The translations under genes and the position numbers were made by a program. From Myxococcota bacterium (GTDB taxonomy: Bacteria > Myxococcota_A > SURF-8 > G963663525): a stretch of DNA of 64,000 nucleotides. Of this stretch, positions 1 through 9,503 are shown piece after piece. The stretch spans positions 1 to 64,000 of the forward strand of contig CAXXVK010000030.1 in assembly GCA_963676915.2 (NCBI GenBank), read 5' to 3'. Within the stretch, counting starts at the first letter, position 1; every line of letters begins with the position of its first letter. The notes under the pieces are model-generated. The model searched no databases. It saw nothing but the letters and a program-made list of their open reading frames with translations, and was not told the DNA's origin.

Positions 1-631
1 CCACGGGCAGAGCTTCGACACATTGGTTGATCGACTGCTGCAAGGCGCTGTTTTCTTCGATTGCTACGGCAGGACAATTCTCCTTTTTTAGGCAAAGGTC
101 GTAACATTCCGACACGAAAACGGCGAAAAGCCCAAGACTCGTCGTCTCGTAGGTTATCGATGATTCCCCTTCACGGCTTTGCACATACAAGGGAATCGTA
201 GAGACACCCGGCTGAATCTTGCGCACGATCAAAGCATTTCGATCGATCAGATGTCCCGCATCCATGGCAGACAAATCGAATTGCAGTTCCAACGGGAGAT
301 TCAATGTGACTTCCGGCTCCAAACCTACGAAAAAGGCGTCGGAAACCATGGATGGAAATTCGGTGAACGTATTTTTATCGATTGCATTGACCACGAGATT
401 GACATCCTGGTCGAGAGCGTTCATCGGCACAACGACGCTCAATCCCGGTACCGTAACGGTATCCCCTGCCCTTCCGATGCTATTCGTCGAGGCTTCGACT
501 TCCCCATCATCCTGATCGCCGGGAGTGATAGAGTCGTTATTCATGAAATCAGGGCTTGAATCGAAACAACCCGCCATCAGGATCGTAACCAGCCCTACAA
601 GCAAACCAAGAGTCGAAACGTCGCGTTTCAT
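1..631 (-). CDS. Lipoprotein with ZU5-like domain (3' end truncated by window edge)
   Basis: Read by hand, not in ORF track. ATG at 631 gives MKRDVSTLGLLVGLVTILMAG-C (lipobox), an acidic linker PGDQDDGEVE, then VVVPMNALDQDVNLVV...LEPEVTLNLPLELQF (ZU5-like). Frame is open to the window start. Confidence 0.75.
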   Translation of the reverse strand, partial: MKRDVSTLGLLVGLVTILMAGCFDSSPDFMNNDSITPGDQDDGEVEASTNSIGRAGDTVTVPGLSVVVPMNALDQDVNLVVNAIDKNTFTEFPSMVSDAFFVGLEPEVTLNLPLELQFDLSAMDAGHLIDRNALIVRKIQPGVSTIPLYVQSREGESSITYETTSLGLFAVFVSECYDLCLKKENCPAVAIEENSALQQSINQCVEALPV

Positions 632-783
632 ACCCACGACCTCCGAAAATAAGTTGAACGTTCACGCAACCTTGCTGAAGTTTTGATTAAATGACATCAA
701 CGACCGATTGTCAATTTACTCTCTTCGTTCTATGATGAAAACGAGTCCTGTCCCCTCAAACCGTTCAGCTTTACAGGTATAAG

Positions 784-1266
784 ATGTTCATTGTGCAGAT
801 TGTCGGTCGGAAAAATCATGGAAAAACCACACTGGTGCTTGAACTTCTTCAGGAATTTCGTAAACGGGGACTTCGAGTCGGAACGGTCAAGCACACCGGC
901 CATGAACACGAACTGGACACCCCCGGCAAAGATTCGCATCGTCACCGAATGGCTGGAGGCTATCCCGCGGCCGTTCTTACACACAATCTCGCGGCGGTAT
1001 ACCTGGACGGACAAAACGACTGGGACGCCTGGAAAACGATCGAACCGTTGTACCAATCGTGCGATGTCGTGCTGGTGGAAGGTTTCGCCGAGGGACCGGG
1101 AATCAAAATCGAGGTCTGGCGTCAATGTGTCGGTACCCGCCCCATGGCACAGGAACGGGACGATATCGTTGCCGTCTGTACAAACGACACCATCGACCTA
1201 CCCTGCCCTATCTGGGCACGAAACGATCTTGCGGAACTGGCCACAAAGATTCTTGCCATGAAATAG
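784..1266 (+). CDS. mobB: Molybdopterin-guanine dinucleotide biosynthesis protein B
   Basis: P-loop VGRKNHGKTT, VGTVKHTGH, DTPGKDSHRH and DVVLVEGF motifs. Confidence 0.92.
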   Translation: MFIVQIVGRKNHGKTTLVLELLQEFRKRGLRVGTVKHTGHEHELDTPGKDSHRHRMAGGYPAAVLTHNLAAVYLDGQNDWDAWKTIEPLYQSCDVVLVEGFAEGPGIKIEVWRQCVGTRPMAQERDDIVAVCTNDTIDLPCPIWARNDLAELATKILAMK

Positions 1267-1288
1267 TTTTTTGAATATTTCCTGCTAG

Positions 1289-1762
1289 TTACATATCAAC
1301 GCTGGCCTTGATCGCCGTACCGAAGGCAAGAATCTCCAACCCTGCCGTTCCTTTACCTTGAAACGAAGAACTGGCCAGACGCGAGGTTTCCAAACGAACG
1401 TTGATTACGGCATCGTACCCTTTTGCGATAGCCTCTTCCTTCATGCGCAACAGGGCTTCGCGCCGGGCACGTTCCAATAAGCTGTCGTACATGGCGATTC
1501 GTCCGCCGAAAATCTGGATAAAGCTTGCAATGAACCGCTTGAAATAATCGACGGAAATCACGACGCTTCCCGATACGAGTTCGGCACCTTCAGCCTTCCA
1601 GCTTGCAGGAGCCTTTTTAAACGTAACCGCTGGAAATCCTGCAAGTTTTCCTTCCCGATCTACAAGAGACCGGAAATGTCGCTTTTCCACTAAGGTACCG
1701 ACAATCAACCCCAGCATCAGCGGGATGAGTATCGACAAAATATTGATGATGGTTTGTTCCAT
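1289..1762 (-). CDS. YbjQ/UPF0145 family protein with N-terminal TM helix
   Basis: LVSGSVVISVDYFKRF...GGRIAMYDSLLERARREALLRM...DAVINVRLET...EILAFGTA. Confidence 0.88.
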   Translation of the reverse strand: MEQTIINILSILIPLMLGLIVGTLVEKRHFRSLVDREGKLAGFPAVTFKKAPASWKAEGAELVSGSVVISVDYFKRFIASFIQIFGGRIAMYDSLLERARREALLRMKEEAIAKGYDAVINVRLETSRLASSSFQGKGTAGLEILAFGTAIKASVDM

Positions 1763-1788
1763 GGTATCCCGACTCCGTAGTCAAAAAG

Positions 1789-2107
1789 CTATTCGACCGT
1801 AACAGCCGTACCATAAGCAAACAGTTCGGCAGCACCCTGCGCCACGGAACTCGTTGAAAAACGCACGTTCACCACCGCATTGGCTCCCATTTCTTCGGCC
1901 TGAACCATCATCCGACGCACGGCCTCGTCACGGGCTTCCTGCAATAATTCCGTGTACCCTTTCAATTCACCACCCACCATGTTTTTCAAACCGGCCCATG
2001 ATGTCCCGCCCGATGTGCTTGGCCCGCACCGTGCTCCCGGTGACTACGCCATAAATAGCCACGATGTTTTTGCCGGGAATCTCTTCGGTATTCGATAGTA
2101 TCAGCAT
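1789..2107 (-). CDS. YbjQ/UPF0145 family protein (one extra base at ~1995-1997)
   Basis: ATG 2107 gives MLILSNTEEIPGKNIVAIYGVVTGSTVRAKHIGRDIM. Removing one G continues AGLKNMVGGELKGYTELL...GANAVVNVRFST...YGTAV. Confidence 0.85.
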
Positions 2108-2250
2108 GATTTTTCCTCGTTAAACGTATTGATCCTCGTTACCGTTGCTTGTGCACGGTAAACCTGTTTTGTTCACTTTTCACGATTCCTTGCCTACGAT
2201 ACCTGCGTTTCACACAAAAGACAATCGGATATTTTCTTACGGTTTCAAGG

Positions 2251-2452
2251 GGGTGCATCACAAAATGGTGCGAATTGGCCCAATAACATTGAAGCATTCA
2301 TTCATTTGGTTGTAGCGGCGAGGCGTAAGCCCGCCGAAAAGGGAGATTGGGGGCGTAAAAGCAACTTTCAAAAGGCAAAAACGGCGGGCTTACGCCTCGC
2401 CGCCACGAAAAAAGAGGATTTTACGAAAGTCGCACTATTTTGTGATACACCC
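2251..2452. mobile_element. MITE family A, copy 1 (202 bp), with internal inverted REP pair
   Basis: Terminal inverted repeats GGGTGCATCACAAAATGGTGCGA / TCGCACTATTTTGTGATACACCC. 9-bp direct repeat GTTTCAAGG at 2242-2250 and 2453-2461. Second copy at 19779-19980. Confidence 0.9.
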
Positions 2453-2473
2453 GTTTCAAGGTGTTATCGATCT

Positions 2474-4147
2474 TTAACGTTTCGTTTCGGTACGAGTCTG
2501 CAAATAGCTCTTCAACGACTGTACACCCGTTCGGAAATCTTCGAGCGTATAGGTCTTGCGCGGGTCGTTTTCCACGTAGGATTCAATCGCCGTAACCGTC
2601 TCATCGATACTTTCCTCCCAGGACATAGAGGAAACAAGTTGCTTTAAAGCAGCGGATTCACTTGCATAAATCGCTGCGCATTCCGCATCGTTCAGGCAAT
2701 GAGTCGGGATCACGCTAGACCCGGACGGCATCAACGAAAAACTCTCGAAACAACGATCCGTTCCCCAAGGAAGCATATGGAAGTATCCAGAAGCATCCGC
2801 ATGTAAATAGTAGTTATTACTTGCCATCGAATACCCATCTTCATGACCGATGAAATTCTCCACCGCCCATAGCCGAACCATTTCTTCAAGGTTCGCAACA
2901 GTGGCAATAGTGTCCATCCATTGATCATCCGAAGTTTGATTGATCGTCTGAATCAAAGCCGTCAGATCTTCTATATCCTCGGCATCTCCTTCATCCACTT
3001 CGAATTGAGTAGCCTGTCCCGAATAGAGATCCACACTTCCCTCGTAAAGATGCGCTGTGGACGCAAACATGCGATTGAGGAAAATATCGTCGTACTTTTC
3101 CAAAACGAGATACAAACCATACGGCTCATCATTTACACGAATCCAAGCGTAGCCGCTCAATGGTGCGGGCACGTCGAACGCTCGAAATACGCTGTAGGCC
3201 ATCGTTTCGTGCAGATTCGAGGGATCGTCGGTCATATTGTTCAACGTCATCGCTTTCAAACCGTGAAAACGCGCATCATCGTCGAATTCATCGAATTTGA
3301 TCTTGAAGGCCGCTTTTTCGGACAACGGCTTGAACGACAACCCGCTTTTCAGACGCACACCGACCGTCATTGTATCGTAGGTGACCCCGAATGCTTTCAT
3401 GGTAAAGGTAGCTTCAACGTACTCGAACGGGCTGTTTTCCAAGGCTTGTACAGAGGCATCCGGTAACGTGAGATCGATTTCGTGAACAGCGGTGGAGTCG
3501 AATAAAAACGCCGCTTCGCCTTCCGACACGGTATTGGTCTCCCCTTGGCTCGGCAGCGTTTCCCGCCACGACCCGGTGCTGTCCGGGTATCGTCCCCAGG
3601 TCGTTCCCGAAGTGGTATCGCCCACGGCGGCTTGGTCGATGATTTCTCCTGTATTATCCATCAAATAGATCGTATCGCCACCGCATTTGATTCCGAATGG
3701 CAATCCCGATTCTCCCTCGTCTTCATCTTCCTCTTTGATCACGAGGTATTCACCCGGTTTCAATGAAAGACCTTCGGCAAACGTATAGATATGCTCGGAA
3801 TCGTCAAGCACGTCCGTCAGGCTCCATCCCGATAAATCGGTCGTTTCCGTCCCTGGATTTACCAGCTCGATCCAATCCCGGCCATGGCAATCGATTTCAT
3901 TGAGCACCGCCGGCAGCCGTACGATTTCAGCCGGATCGACATCCAAGTCCCCGTTTTCCGAGCCGTTTTCGGTATCGCCGGTTCCGTTATCCTCACAACA
4001 GGGCGGGCAACCGTCGTCGCAGGCGACAAACAGCAAAATTGAGAGCAAAACAGTTACAAACCATGAAAATGCAGTCCCTGAAATTCCTGCGATTCGTAGT
4101 ACGATCATTGGTGCTATCATCCTAGATTGAGTTGATCCCATTGGCAT
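2474..4147 (-). CDS. Lipoprotein with lamin-tail domain (LTD) and CotH kinase domain
   Basis: FVA-C lipobox. LTD: LNEI..DWIELVNPG..DLSGWSLTD. CotH: KAAFKIKFD, LNNMTDDPSNLHE, YGLYLVLE, GHEDGY..NNYYL, LPWGTD. True start may be a downstream Met. Confidence 0.85.
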   Translation of the reverse strand: MPMGSTQSRMIAPMIVLRIAGISGTAFSWFVTVLLSILLFVACDDGCPPCCEDNGTGDTENGSENGDLDVDPAEIVRLPAVLNEIDCHGRDWIELVNPGTETTDLSGWSLTDVLDDSEHIYTFAEGLSLKPGEYLVIKEEDEDEGESGLPFGIKCGGDTIYLMDNTGEIIDQAAVGDTTSGTTWGRYPDSTGSWRETLPSQGETNTVSEGEAAFLFDSTAVHEIDLTLPDASVQALENSPFEYVEATFTMKAFGVTYDTMTVGVRLKSGLSFKPLSEKAAFKIKFDEFDDDARFHGLKAMTLNNMTDDPSNLHETMAYSVFRAFDVPAPLSGYAWIRVNDEPYGLYLVLEKYDDIFLNRMFASTAHLYEGSVDLYSGQATQFEVDEGDAEDIEDLTALIQTINQTSDDQWMDTIATVANLEEMVRLWAVENFIGHEDGYSMASNNYYLHADASGYFHMLPWGTDRCFESFSLMPSGSSVIPTHCLNDAECAAIYASESAALKQLVSSMSWEESIDETVTAIESYVENDPRKTYTLEDFRTGVQSLKSYLQTRTETKR

Positions 4148-4438
4148 TGGAAATTATTTCGTTTATTTAAAAATCATCATCCCCGCCCAAAAGATTACTT
4201 TATCAGAAATCGTTGAAAGAAAAGAACAAACTAGACGTTTTCGTCGCTGTATAGAATTCACAAGCCTTTTTCCCATCGCTCCGAAAGGCCATTCGGTTGG
4301 ATTATACCACCGAATGTGATAGTATTCACGAATACAAGCGTAGATGGGTCCAGCCTGCATAAGTCAAGCAGATTTCAGTCGGGGATATTGAACGGGGAAG
4401 CCGACACAGCGAGTGATTTTTTTCGGGGACGGGTGCCG

Positions 4439-5158
4439 ATGAAAAAGAAAACACATGTGGAAATACTTGAGAAACTCGTAATCCGGTATGGCATCAAAGA
4501 CGTGTTTTTTCAACGCGTTCTCGATGTCCTGACCGATGCGGATAAAATGCACGCCGACGAGTTTCTTAAAGATCTCATCGAAAAATACGGCGTCGAGGAC
4601 ACTCAACTTTGCGAGGTTCTTGCAGAAGTTTTCCATACCTCCGTCGTGGAATTGAACCGAGGCGAGTTATCCAAGGATATCATTGACCCAATCGGTTTCG
4701 ACATTTGTTACAAGTACAATTTGATTCCTTTCAAGATGGATCACGAATCGATTCATCTTGCCTGCTTCAATCCCGGCAATCTGGAAGCCGCCGATATCGT
4801 CCAGTCACTGACTCGCAAGAAACCGGTATTGGTTGCCTGCCCCTACGAGGAGGTGCGAAAAGCCATCGGTTCGATGTATCCGATGGAAACGGATTTATCC
4901 CATTATTTCGACAGGTTGGGCGTTTCTCGTGCCGAACTGGACAACAGCCTTTTGTCCCTTGAACAAAGGTTCTTGCAAGAAAACGAACCGGAGGAAGTTC
5001 AAGAAACAGAGGACGAATACGACGAACCCTACGATTACGAGGAAGATTCACCCGAAGAATCGACCGAAACCAAACCACCGGATCTCCCTCCACCGCTGCC
5101 GAATGCGGAAGAAAAAGAGAAACCCCGCCCATCGTTCGCCGTTTCATACAACGGATGA
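4439..5158 (+). CDS. GspE/PilB N-terminal (T2SSE_N-like) domain; probably the N-terminal part of the downstream protein
   Basis: LAEVFHTSVVEL...ICYKYNLIPF...IHLACFNPGNLEAADIV...EEVRKAI. Removing one C at 5123-5126 joins it to PIVRRFIQRMIVRA of the next ORF. Confidence 0.75.
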   Translation: MKKKTHVEILEKLVIRYGIKDVFFQRVLDVLTDADKMHADEFLKDLIEKYGVEDTQLCEVLAEVFHTSVVELNRGELSKDIIDPIGFDICYKYNLIPFKMDHESIHLACFNPGNLEAADIVQSLTRKKPVLVACPYEEVRKAIGSMYPMETDLSHYFDRLGVSRAELDNSLLSLEQRFLQENEPEEVQETEDEYDEPYDYEEDSPEESTETKPPDLPPPLPNAEEKEKPRPSFAVSYNG

Positions 5159-8100
5159 TCGTTCGAGCGGAAAGCGTACGAGCCGACGTGGTGGAATTCG
5201 TATTCACCGGAACCGCCGTGTTGATCCGTTACCGAATCGATGGTGTTTGGTTCGATGAACTGGTGCTCGCCCGGTACTTCCATCTCGTTTTCGGTGAGAC
5301 GATTCAATCGGTCTGCGGGCTAAAAATCCTTGATCCGGGTGACCACAGGCATGTCAGAATCGATACGGGAGAAAAGGAACATCTACAAGCTCGGTTATAT
5401 TATAACATCACCGATGACGGCTGGATGTACCGAATCAGTCTCCCCGATGTAAAAACGCAACTCAAGGATCTGCTGAAACTCGGCATCAGCCAATCCACGC
5501 TGAAACGCTACCGAAAAGCTTTCGAAACTCCGAAAGGAATGGTGATCGTCAGCGGTCCTCCGGGTAGCGGACGTACAACGACACTGTATGCAACGTTGCG
5601 GGAATTGAAGGAAAAAGGCAAAAAAATCGTCACCTTCGAGTCCCCGGCGAAACGAACTTTCAAAGGAATTACGCAACACGAAATTTCTAAGAAAAACCAA
5701 ATGGTTGAAGCTCTGGCGGAGGTCTTCAAATCCCCGCCGGATGTGCTGATGATATCCGACATCGACGACCCGGAAGTATTGGAACTAGCATTTCAGGCCG
5801 CCGAACAAGGCATGACGGTTCTCACTCGTGTAGAAGCCGAATCCGCTCCGAAAACCCTGGTTCACCTCGCCCAGAAAATGGAAATGCCGGTAGATAGGGT
5901 CGTAGAAGTCGTAAAAGGCGTACTCAGCCAACGATTGTTACGACGAAGCTGTCCCTATTGTTCGGAAGAAGTCGAGCCAACAGGAAAAGACAAAAAACTT
6001 CTGGCTTTGATGGGTCGCAGGAACATCCGAAAAATCACGGTAGAAAACGGCTGCGATTTCTGCCGCTGGGTGGGTCTTGCAGGACGTACCGGAGTTTTCG
6101 AGTTTTTACCCATCGCCGGACCGGTAGCCGAAATTTTCCGAAACGACCCGGAAGTAATTCCCCTTCGCCGGGAAATGAAAAAACGTGGCCTGAAACGGTT
6201 TATGGATTACGCCTACCTCAAAGCTTACGATGGCATAACCACCCTCGCTGAAGCTCAAAGGGTCGCAACTCCCGTTCCGAAATCCGAAAATGAATCCCCA
6301 AATTCCGATGCCCCCCTTCCCTTGTCAAAGGAAGTGCAAACCGTTTACGAAAGTGGTGCTGTTACCTCCATTGCACCGGTTTATAGGTTCCATCTAGCGC
6401 AACAACAGGGAGAATCATCGTTATCGGACAAACCCACAACGATTCGGAAGATCTCCGAAGCTCCTCCACTACTGACCGTGATTTACACCGGCGATCCTCA
6501 ACACCGAACCCAGGCACAAAAAGTTCTCGAAGGCGAATTGGATGAAAATGCCCCACCGGTGGAATTTCATCACGTATTGAATCTTTCGAACGGTGAGGTG
6601 GTTCTCAATCAGCTAGGTCAGTTGCGAGCGCTTCTTGCACCGAAACCGGTGGAAATTCCTTTAGCTGAACCGGAAGAAATTCCCTCGGAAACCGAAGAAC
6701 AGGAAGCTCCATCTAAAAGCTCTCATGATACCGACTTCGGTGAACCGGACGATTTCGACACTCAAAAGCGTAGAAAACCGAGTAAAGGTGTCAAACGAGG
6801 ACCACACACGCGGGCCTTGCACCTCGACCCAAACAACCCCGTAATGACGGCGGAAACCGTTACGGGAGCCATCGCTCAATCCTGCCTGAACTTTTTCACG
6901 AACGGGCAAAAGTACGCCAAGGGATTGATCGAACTGGTGATCTACGAAAACGCCACGCCGCTTTCGCTGATGTTCATTTTCACATTGGTTGGTTTGCTTC
7001 TGGAAGGCTTCGTTGCATCACGAGCCATCGAAGTTACGGTGGGACTGGGCTTTTCTCCGTTGACATTGCTGTTTCCCGTATTCCACCATTTGGATCTCGG
7101 CCTCCCGGATTGGATCGGCTACACACTGGGTTCGGGACTGGGATTGCTGCTGATTTCCATGGTTTTCTGGTTGACACTGAAATTGCTGGGAGACGAATTA
7201 CCGATCATGCTGTTGATCACCCTTGTGGGATTTCCCCGTGCGGTGATGATGCTCCCCATCGGCATCGTGGTACTGCTGTTGCAGTCCCAGCATGTTCCTC
7301 ACCTTGGATACATCGTGTTCCTTGTCGGTTTGATCGGCCTGTGGCGGATGATCGCCATGTTGCGGAGCTTTGCCTATCAGTTCAGCGAAGCCGTGATTCA
7401 CATCGTCTTGGTTCTCGGCATCTCGTGGACACTGTTCGGGGTAATTGTCGTGACGGACGAACGCATCGACTATAAAAACACCAAAGAATATCAAATTGTT
7501 GCCGCGTTTATTCAACAAATGTACGACCCGGACGGGTACCAAGCCAAACAGGAAAAGAAGACGATCGATCGCAAAAAGCTGGAACAAGCCATGCAGGTTC
7601 TGAACAACGAGGAAAAACAAAAGGAAGCCATCGAAAAACTCAAGAAGATGACCGAGCAGATCAAGAACCTCAAGGCTACCGAAATCCACGAGAACTATGA
7701 AGAAATCCTGGAGCAAGTAGGCACCAACGCTGCCGCATTGAACGCCTGCGAAACGATGCAGACCGACACGGGGATAATCAACGACATGACGGTACAAGTG
7801 TTGATGCGCCCCGAAAAAGCCAAGGAAATGACAAGCCTCGTTCAGGAAATGATTCAGGCAGGCGAGACGAAAAACCCCGAAGCTTTCGTGGAAGCGGACG
7901 AAAAACTCGAAGCGTTTTTGGAGGATTTCTCGGAAAACGAAGCAAAACAGGAAGATCTTGTGGTACAGGCTGCGATCCTCGGACCAGAGGAAAGCGACGA
8001 GGGAGAGCTTTTGCGCTATTCTCTGTCGCTTCAAAGCACGTCACCGAAGGTATCGCGCCCCGTCGTCTACTGGGATCTGGACTACAACGGAAAAAGCTTT

Positions 8101-8646
8101 CACCCGCACGAACAACACCAGCCGGAAGATGAACTCTCCATTCGTTGGCCGGATGATGGCGAATACCGTATCGCGGCTCGCGTGGGTGACGGTGTAAACG
8201 CCCTGAGTCCGGTTCTGGAAAAAACCGTTCGGATCAACAATGTACCTCCAACCATCCTGCCAACTCGGAAAAAATACATCCAGCAGGCTGGATCTTCCCT
8301 GCGCATCGAGAGTCGTGTGAACGATCCGGCGAACGAGCACGACACCTACGTTATCGAATACGATTTTGATTACGATGGTGGAACGTTCAAAGCCGATGAA
8401 TCTGTGGAAAATCACAATATTCTCAACCTGGACGGATCAAAACTTTCGGATGGAATACATGCCATCGCCATGCGCCCGAGAGACGAGGACTGCGGCTATG
8501 GAAATCTTGCGGTCGTGCAGGTTGCCAAGGGAGCCAAAGCGGCTCAAAGCTGTTCGGAAAACAAGGACCATTCTACGAGGGTGAAGATGTACGCCTTGAA
8601 GCCGACTACAGTCTGCCGGAGTTCGAGCAGGAACCTTATTCCGTGA
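5155..8646 (+). CDS. Degenerate GspE/PilB-type ATPase fused to multi-pass membrane domain, coiled coil and PKD-like repeats
   Basis: IRYRIDG, GMVIVSGPPGSGRTTTLY, SQRLLRRSCPYC..GCDFC..GRTGVFE, DGITTLAEAQRV, then about six hydrophobic segments, a coiled coil and WDLDYNG / YDFDYDG repeats. Confidence 0.8.
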   Translation: MIVRAESVRADVVEFVFTGTAVLIRYRIDGVWFDELVLARYFHLVFGETIQSVCGLKILDPGDHRHVRIDTGEKEHLQARLYYNITDDGWMYRISLPDVKTQLKDLLKLGISQSTLKRYRKAFETPKGMVIVSGPPGSGRTTTLYATLRELKEKGKKIVTFESPAKRTFKGITQHEISKKNQMVEALAEVFKSPPDVLMISDIDDPEVLELAFQAAEQGMTVLTRVEAESAPKTLVHLAQKMEMPVDRVVEVVKGVLSQRLLRRSCPYCSEEVEPTGKDKKLLALMGRRNIRKITVENGCDFCRWVGLAGRTGVFEFLPIAGPVAEIFRNDPEVIPLRREMKKRGLKRFMDYAYLKAYDGITTLAEAQRVATPVPKSENESPNSDAPLPLSKEVQTVYESGAVTSIAPVYRFHLAQQQGESSLSDKPTTIRKISEAPPLLTVIYTGDPQHRTQAQKVLEGELDENAPPVEFHHVLNLSNGEVVLNQLGQLRALLAPKPVEIPLAEPEEIPSETEEQEAPSKSSHDTDFGEPDDFDTQKRRKPSKGVKRGPHTRALHLDPNNPVMTAETVTGAIAQSCLNFFTNGQKYAKGLIELVIYENATPLSLMFIFTLVGLLLEGFVASRAIEVTVGLGFSPLTLLFPVFHHLDLGLPDWIGYTLGSGLGLLLISMVFWLTLKLLGDELPIMLLITLVGFPRAVMMLPIGIVVLLLQSQHVPHLGYIVFLVGLIGLWRMIAMLRSFAYQFSEAVIHIVLVLGISWTLFGVIVVTDERIDYKNTKEYQIVAAFIQQMYDPDGYQAKQEKKTIDRKKLEQAMQVLNNEEKQKEAIEKLKKMTEQIKNLKATEIHENYEEILEQVGTNAAALNACETMQTDTGIINDMTVQVLMRPEKAKEMTSLVQEMIQAGETKNPEAFVEADEKLEAFLEDFSENEAKQEDLVVQAAILGPEESDEGELLRYSLSLQSTSPKVSRPVVYWDLDYNGKSFHPHEQHQPEDELSIRWPDDGEYRIAARVGDGVNALSPVLEKTVRINNVPPTILPTRKKYIQQAGSSLRIESRVNDPANEHDTYVIEYDFDYDGGTFKADESVENHNILNLDGSKLSDGIHAIAMRPRDEDCGYGNLAVVQVAKGAKAAQSCSENKDHSTRVKMYALKPTTVCRSSSRNLIP

Positions 8647-9110
8647 AATGGGACTTGAATTACAAAAAGAAGAAATTCAACACGGATCGTCTGGTCACCA
8701 ACGAGACCTCGCTGATCGTGCGTTTTCCCGATGAAGGTACATACACGCTGGCCTATCAACCGAAACGGCAGGGCGTCGAAAAGAGAAAAGAGATTCCGAT
8801 CACGGTTCAGGTACTCAATCGGCCTCCTAGCGCCAAACTGACGCCGGACTTCGTCAAAGTACTTCCCAGGAAAAAGCTGGTACTGCTTGCCGAATGCCAA
8901 GATCCTGGTGAAGGCGACCGCATCGCACAATACCAATGGGATACGAATTACGACGGTCAAAATTTCAAAGCCAGGAAAAAAGGAAAGAATATCACAAGCT
9001 TGGAGATTCAAGCCCCATTATCTGGAACTCTGCGAGTCGCAATGCGCTGTGTAGATAACGATAAAGGAATCGGCAAAGAAGCCGTGACGTTGATCAAAGT
9101 TGTAGAGTAA
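8643..9110 (+). CDS. PKD-like repeat protein; probably the C-terminus of the upstream fusion (frame break ~8529-8547)
   Basis: KWDLNY...FPDEGTYT...VLNRPPSA and YQWDTNYDG...CVDNDKG match upstream repeats. The frame is open upstream as KLFGKQGPFYEGEDVRLEADY. Confidence 0.7.
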   Translation: MKWDLNYKKKKFNTDRLVTNETSLIVRFPDEGTYTLAYQPKRQGVEKRKEIPITVQVLNRPPSAKLTPDFVKVLPRKKLVLLAECQDPGEGDRIAQYQWDTNYDGQNFKARKKGKNITSLEIQAPLSGTLRVAMRCVDNDKGIGKEAVTLIKVVE

Positions 9111-9133
9111 ACTCGAAAAAACGCAGTCATTGA

Positions 9134-9260
9134 AATGTGCACAAGGCAATCAAGCCCAGGATCTCAGCAGGAGTAAAGTATATATTTAAAGAAGGTGTGG
9201 TGTGCCTTTTTTGCATAGAGTGCTGGGCTAAAAACGGGGCTTGATTGCCTTGTGCACATT
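9134..9260. repeat. 127-bp element bounded by perfect 24-bp inverted repeats
   Basis: AATGTGCACAAGGCAATCAAGCCC (9134-9157) and its exact reverse complement (9237-9260), 79-bp spacer, between convergent genes. Confidence 0.85.
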
Positions 9261-9503
9261 CCGTGGGCTCGTTTTTCAAAGAAGCTCTTATCTGTTACAG
9301 TTTCATCTTAATGCCCGTTTCACTTTTGTCAATGATCGAAAAGTCACCTCGCCACGTTTCTTCCGTTTATTCACAATACTTCGTGTAATTCTACGGAAAC
9401 GGGGGCGGGAGTTTTCTAGGAAATCACCGAGCGAAGAATCCCCCAATCCAGTTGTTTTCTTTATGGAAATTGCTAGAAAACCATTTGGAGATACAGGACT
9501 TTT

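Noticed and set aside
2306-2647. ORFs starting MVVAARRKPAEKGDWG (also 19834-20034)
   Set aside because: They are translations of the MITE A/REP sequence, not proteins.
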